NCBI GenBank assembly: GCA_964466185.1
Contig: CAYXMS010000003.1
Location: 2,937 to 66,936, forward strand
Reading direction: 5' to 3'
Origin: an uncultured bacterium
Lineage (GTDB): Bacteria; Chlamydiota; Chlamydiia; Chlamydiales; SM23-39
DNA: 64,000 nucleotides
Notes under the pieces: generated by a model
Databases searched by the model: none
The model's input: only the letters and a program-made list of their open reading frames with translations
Told to the model about the DNA's origin: nothing
Made by a program: the position numbers and the translations under genes
In this document: positions 59,111-64,000 of the stretch, in pieces
How the letters are laid out: each line of letters starts with the position of its first letter
How positions within the stretch are numbered: the stretch's first letter is position 1

Positions 59111-60640
59111 ATGTTTTGTATTATGTTTGATAAAAAATACAATGAAATAGCTGCTTTTTTGCAAAGCAAACAGCCTTTTCGAGGGCCTTTGATTTTAGCT
59201 TATTCCGGAGGTTTTGATTCGAAGGCTCTTTTATATTTGTTGTTAGAATTAAAAAAACAGCAACAGCTTGATTTTGAGCTGGTTTTAGCCCATGTCGACC
59301 ATGGTTGGAGAGAGGAAAGCTCTCAAGAGGCTGAAATTTTAAAAGAAGAGGCAAAACAACTAAAGCTTAAGTTTTTTCTAAAAAAGCTTTCTAAATATTC
59401 AAAAACAGATTTGTCAAAAGCGGCTATTTTGCCAAAAAATCAGGAAGCTGTCTGCCGCAGGCTAAGATTGGAATTTTTTCAACAACTTTATTTTGAATTA
59501 AAAGCATCTTATCTTCTGTTTGCTCACCAAAAAGATGATTTGCAAGAAACGGTTTTAAAAAGATTTTTAGAAGGTGCGGATTTAACTTTTTTATCGGCTA
59601 TGCAAAAGGAAAGTTTTTTATTGGACATGTATATTTTACGGCCTCTTTTATCTTTTTCTAAAAAAGAGCTTTTAGAATTTTTAAAAGTTCAAAAATTAAG
59701 GGCCATTAATGACAGAACCAATTTTGATTTTAAATATCAACGTTCGCGTCTGCGCCATTTGCTTTTGCCTAAACTAAAAGAAATTGTAGGTAAAAGGGTA
59801 GTTGATAATTTAGTCTATGCTTCCCAGCGCTCTTATGAGCTTAAGGCTTATTTAGATAGAAGGGTGAAAAAAGTATTTAAAACAAGAAAAAAGTCTGTTT
59901 TCGGAGTGTTTTTAGAGTTTGAAACTTCCGGTTTTTGGGATTTGGATTTTTTTGAAAAACAGTATTTGATCAAAAAACTTTTTACGGATGCTGGTTTTAA
60001 TTTAACAAGATCTGTTTTATCTAGAATTTTAGATTTTTTAAATAAAACCAAGCCTTGTCATAGCAGGTTTTTCTTAGCTCTTAAAGACGGAGATTTAATT
60101 ATTGAGCAAAATATGATTTTTCTTTGGAACAGGTTAAATTTAAATTTTGAGCAAAAAATTTTGTTGCAAACGGGTCGCAGGAGAATGGGTTTTTGGGAAT
60201 TAGAAGTATCTGAAATTAAAAAAAATAGAAAGCTTAAACTATCTTCTTGGAAGGAATTTTTATTTTCCGGCTCATGTGAGTTAATTCTACCTAAAGATTT
60301 ATATTATTTGTCTTTCGACTTAAAACCAGATTTAAAAGCAAAAAATAAAAATTTGCTAACTCATAATTTAGATAATCCGGTAACCGGTGTGGATAATTCA
60401 GCTGCCAGTCAAACGGTTGTCTTTGATCCATCAATTAAGCTTTGGGGTAAACGTTTAAATCATCATTTGGCTGAAGAAAAAGTGCCATTTTTTTTACGAA
60501 AGAATTTTCCCCTTATTTTTAGAAAAGGAAAGCTTTTTTGCGATTTGCTGTCTGGAAAAAAGCGCTTTTCTGAAAAACCTTTTAAAAATATTTCTGAATT
60601 TTATCAAATAAAATTAATAATTAATCATAGCAATTTATAA
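59111..60640 (+). CDS. tilS: tRNA(Ile)-lysidine synthetase with long C-terminal region
   Basis: 509 aa with the PP-loop AYSGGFDSKAL, then HVDHGWREES and AHQKDDLQET. Confidence 0.85.
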   Translation: MFCIMFDKKYNEIAAFLQSKQPFRGPLILAYSGGFDSKALLYLLLELKKQQQLDFELVLAHVDHGWREESSQEAEILKEEAKQLKLKFFLKKLSKYSKTDLSKAAILPKNQEAVCRRLRLEFFQQLYFELKASYLLFAHQKDDLQETVLKRFLEGADLTFLSAMQKESFLLDMYILRPLLSFSKKELLEFLKVQKLRAINDRTNFDFKYQRSRLRHLLLPKLKEIVGKRVVDNLVYASQRSYELKAYLDRRVKKVFKTRKKSVFGVFLEFETSGFWDLDFFEKQYLIKKLFTDAGFNLTRSVLSRILDFLNKTKPCHSRFFLALKDGDLIIEQNMIFLWNRLNLNFEQKILLQTGRRRMGFWELEVSEIKKNRKLKLSSWKEFLFSGSCELILPKDLYYLSFDLKPDLKAKNKNLLTHNLDNPVTGVDNSAASQTVVFDPSIKLWGKRLNHHLAEEKVPFFLRKNFPLIFRKGKLFCDLLSGKKRFSEKPFKNISEFYQIKLIINHSNL

Positions 60641-60801
60641 TAATAATTAACTAAACCCTAGTAGTTTATTGTTTAAAACAGAAGTTGTAACAGGTCTGTT
60701 TTTTATATATGCAAAGTTGCTTTCTTAGAAAACAACAGTTTTTTAATTGGTTTTTTGCTATAAATATGATAGGTATGAAGAGAAAGTAAAAGAGGCCTAT
60801 T

Positions 60802-60837
60802 TTCTTTGCCTTTATATTTGAAAGGGCTTATATTAAT
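60802..60837 (+). repeat. Possible degenerate copy of the dispersed hairpin element
   Basis: ttctttgcctttatatttgaaagggcttatattaat contains the hairpin gccttt/aaagggc. The resemblance is weak. Confidence 0.3.
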
Positions 60838-60880
60838 AGGTTTATAAATTATCAATAAACTTTAAAACAAAAATAGTGAT

Positions 60881-63619
60881 ATGGCGGATAAATTTAAAAA
60901 TGATGGTAAAAAAGGTTTTTCAGGAGGCTTTTTTTTCTTTTTAATAACTCTTTTCATTGTCATCTTTACGATGCAGTCTTTGACTTCGGAAAAATTGGCT
61001 AAAGTTTCTTTTGCTCATCAAGTAGAGCATTTAGTTAATTTGGATTTAATAGTTCCTGAAGAGAATAGTAAGATTGCGCAAAATGAGAATTTGGTCACCT
61101 TTACTGGCCGATTTAGGTCCGAAAAGACGGAAGAAGGAAAAGAACGTTTTGATTACTTACAAAAGTTAAACCGTCATTATGAGCTATTAGCTGAAAAAAA
61201 AATATTAGAAACAGAGATTCCAAGGGATCGCAAAAATGTTTTGTCCGCTGCCCTCTTTTTTTTAGAAATTACCGGCTTTTCAATCCCATCTAATGGTTTT
61301 GTTGTTGTTAGCCCGGTCTATGATGCTCTTGATTATAACGCCCAAGTGGTAATTAGGGAAAAACCTAAAAGCGATGTTCTGAATTTAAAACAGTTAAAAG
61401 CCAGACTGACTCAGATGAATGTTACTCAGCAAAATGTAGCTGAGTTTGAAACAGATTTAAAAGTTCTTTTAGATCTTTTTAGTTCAGCTAAATTGGGCTT
61501 AGGCAATGAAAGTCTCAAAAAAGTTTTACAAGAGCAGAAAGAAAAGCTTAAGAACATGTCTACCGAAGATTTGTCTGTCAGGCTTTCTGTTTGTGATTCA
61601 ATTCTGTTAAATCTGGATAGTATAGTTAAAGAGCTGGCAGCCAGAGAATCTAATGTAGCACTTCGGTCTTTACGATCGGTACGTGGTTATGTAGAAGATT
61701 TGAATCGGTATAATGTAATTGCGGAGGCTTTAGAAAATAATGAAGCTCTTCTAAATAAAGTGCGTGCTAAAGTAGCTCATATCAGCTGGTTTTTTAATAA
61801 TAAAGAAATATCTACCAAAGGCTTGGAAAATGTTGACTCTGAAGTTTATCGCCGCTGGTTTGCTGAGACTAAGAAAGAATGGAAAGCATTTAGTGTAAAT
61901 CAGGCTTTAGCTTTTAAAGCTCCTGATCAAGAACGCAACACTGTTTTAGATAAAACCTTTAAAAGTCAAGAGCCAGCCCCTAATTATGCCAGTTACATAG
62001 TAACTTTTCTGCCAGTTCTTTTAATATTAGTTGTTTTATACTTTTTATTTGCCCGTCAAATGAAAGGAGTGGGTTCTTCTGCCATGAATTTTGGTAAGTC
62101 ACCCGCTAAGCTTTTGACGAAAGAAACTACTAAAGTTACTTTTAAAGATGTAGCGGGGGCGGAAGAGTCTAAAGAAGAACTGACGGAAATTGTTGATTTC
62201 TTAAAAGATCCTGGTCGTTTTACTGCACTTGGCGGCCGTATCCCAAAAGGGGTTTTGTTAATTGGTCCTCCGGGAACAGGAAAAACTTTGATCGCCAAAG
62301 CAGTAGCCGGAGAAGCGGACCGTCCTTTTTTCTCAATTTCAGGCTCTGATTTTGTAGAGATGTTTGTTGGTGTTGGAGCCAGCCGGGTAAGAGATCTTTT
62401 CGAACAGGGCAAGAAAAGCGCTCCTTGCATTATTTTTATTGATGAGATAGATGCTGTCGGCAGACAAAGAGGCGCTGGCATTGGAGGCGGACATGATGAA
62501 AGAGAGCAAACCTTGAATCAGCTTTTAGTAGAAATGGATGGTTTTGATACTAAAGAAGGCGTAATTTTAATGGCCGCTACTAACCGCCCTGATATTTTAG
62601 ACAAAGCGCTTTTACGTCCTGGTCGTTTTGACAGAAATGTAGTTTTAGATTTGCCGGATGTTAAAGGGCGTTTTGAAATTTTGAAAGTACATGCTCGTGG
62701 AATTAAAATTGATCCGTCTGTGGATTTAATGGATATAGCTAAGATCACTCCGGGAGCATCCGGCGCTGATTTGGCCAATATTTTAAATGAAGCAGCGCTT
62801 TTAGCTGCTCGAAAAGGCCGCTCTGCGGTAACTACTATGGAAGCCAGAGAGGCTTGTGATAAAGTGCGTTTTGGCAAAGAAAGGCGTTCTTTGGAAATGG
62901 ATGAAAAAGAAAAACGATCTACAGCTTTTCATGAAGCAGGGCATGCTATGGTTGGTTTGCATGTAGAATATGCTGATCCTGTAGATAAAGTAACTATTAT
63001 TCCTCGTGGTTTTTCTTTGGGAGCAACTCATTTTATGCCTAAAAAGAATAGATTGGGCTATTGGAAAAAAGAAGTTTTGGATCAGCTGGCTATATCTTTG
63101 GGAGGGAGGTCTGCTGAAGAGATCTTTTTAGGGGATCTTTCTTCTGGTGCACAGCAAGATATTGTGCAGGCTACTAAACTGGCGCGTGCTATGGTTTGCG
63201 AATGGGGCATGAGTGAAGTTTTGGGTACAATTACTTATGATGAAAGGGAAGAGCACGGTAAATATCTAGGGCTTTCCGGTTTTCATGAAAAAAATTATTC
63301 TGAAGAAACGGCTAAAAAAATAGATAAAGAAGTTTTTGATTTAATTAATGTGGCTCATAAACGGGCTATTCAGATTATTTCCGATCATAAAAAACAGCTT
63401 GAAACAGTTGCTGACATGTTGATTGAATTTGAGACCTTAGAAGGTGAGGACATTAAGCAAATCATAGCTGGGAATTGGAATATTGAAGAAAAAAGGAAAA
63501 AACTCAGGGAGGCCAGTGATTTCCAGATGAAAAATCCTCCGCCACCGCCTAAAGACAATAAACAAAAGAAGGGTATGGGGAATAATTCTAATGATTTGTC
63601 TGATCCTCAGGGCACTTGA
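60881..63619 (+). CDS. ftsH: ATP-dependent zinc metalloprotease FtsH with enlarged periplasmic domain
   Basis: 912 aa with Walker A GPPGTGKT, Walker [12 protein letters not shown] ([18 protein letters not shown]) and HEAGH. About 330 aa separate TM1 and TM2. Confidence 0.97.
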   Translation: MADKFKNDGKKGFSGGFFFFLITLFIVIFTMQSLTSEKLAKVSFAHQVEHLVNLDLIVPEENSKIAQNENLVTFTGRFRSEKTEEGKERFDYLQKLNRHYELLAEKKILETEIPRDRKNVLSAALFFLEITGFSIPSNGFVVVSPVYDALDYNAQVVIREKPKSDVLNLKQLKARLTQMNVTQQNVAEFETDLKVLLDLFSSAKLGLGNESLKKVLQEQKEKLKNMSTEDLSVRLSVCDSILLNLDSIVKELAARESNVALRSLRSVRGYVEDLNRYNVIAEALENNEALLNKVRAKVAHISWFFNNKEISTKGLENVDSEVYRRWFAETKKEWKAFSVNQALAFKAPDQERNTVLDKTFKSQEPAPNYASYIVTFLPVLLILVVLYFLFARQMKGVGSSAMNFGKSPAKLLTKETTKVTFKDVAGAEESKEELTEIVDFLKDPGRFTALGGRIPKGVLLIGPPGTGKTLIAKAVAGEADRPFFSISGSDFVEMFVGVGASRVRDLFEQGKKSAPCIIFIDEIDAVGRQRGAGIGGGHDEREQTLNQLLVEMDGFDTKEGVILMAATNRPDILDKALLRPGRFDRNVVLDLPDVKGRFEILKVHARGIKIDPSVDLMDIAKITPGASGADLANILNEAALLAARKGRSAVTTMEAREACDKVRFGKERRSLEMDEKEKRSTAFHEAGHAMVGLHVEYADPVDKVTIIPRGFSLGATHFMPKKNRLGYWKKEVLDQLAISLGGRSAEEIFLGDLSSGAQQDIVQATKLARAMVCEWGMSEVLGTITYDEREEHGKYLGLSGFHEKNYSEETAKKIDKEVFDLINVAHKRAIQIISDHKKQLETVADMLIEFETLEGEDIKQIIAGNWNIEEKRKKLREASDFQMKNPPPPPKDNKQKKGMGNNSNDLSDPQGT

Positions 63620-64000
63620 ACAAAAAGCTTGCACATTCTTTCTTTTTTAGGATAATTCTTGGGAATTCTTGGTATTTTAATAGTATTTCAATGTTGAGAT
63701 GAAAGAAAATACATTAAAAAAAATAAAAAAAAGCTTCAATTGAAATAGTTTTTTAAAATTACCGTAGGATATACGGAAAGGGTTTAACATTAAAAACCTA
63801 TAGCTTTGGAAACTGATACTGATAGAAAACCAAGAGGTAATCCTGTAAAAAGGTTACGTTCCCATGTCTGAGTGTATTGATTGCGGATAGATTCATATTT
63901 TAACTGGTAATAACATGTATATTTTAGCAATGTTGTTCGATTTTGAGTAAAGGACGTGGAGTTCATAACATTTAACTACCGACTACAGAGCTTGAAACTT

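Overview
This is an AT-rich, gene-dense bacterial chromosome segment. I count about 50 credible protein genes, 2 tRNAs, several terminator hairpins, one clear gene remnant and a family of short dispersed hairpin elements. Gene content and local synteny point to phylum Chlamydiota, probably an environmental lineage. The supporting features are lptG-lptF next to tilS-ftsH, lpxL(htrB) near ybbR-dacA, pknD, a double-length uvrA and a ~900-aa ftsH. This placement rests on my memory of chlamydial gene order, not on a search. Most of the window is housekeeping: valS, ligA, pyk, mdh, murB, nusB, rplM-rpsI, miaB, mtaB, hflX, tgt, tilS and ftsH. I found no CRISPR array, intact transposase or integrase, prophage, or recognisable defence or toxin-antitoxin cassette. 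I also found no convincing novel multi-gene system and do not want to overstate that. The items most worth a second look are these. (1) A roughly 40-nt GC-rich hairpin element recurs in at least eight intergenic spacers, one copy attached to a ~350-nt GC-rich non-coding relic. (2) A same-strand run nrdD-nrdG-U32-chorismate mutase with tandem NrdR-like boxes, suggesting an O2-independent toolkit. (3) A small accessory islet between lpxL and ybbR-dacA holds a P-type ATPase remnant, a GC-rich ankyrin-repeat gene and a GT4 glycosyltransferase. (4) Unusual domain architectures occur in uvrA (tandem fusion), pyk (His-less C-terminal domain), pknD, ftsH and tgt (non-canonical pocket). Motif-level coordinates were hand-counted and may be off by a few nt.
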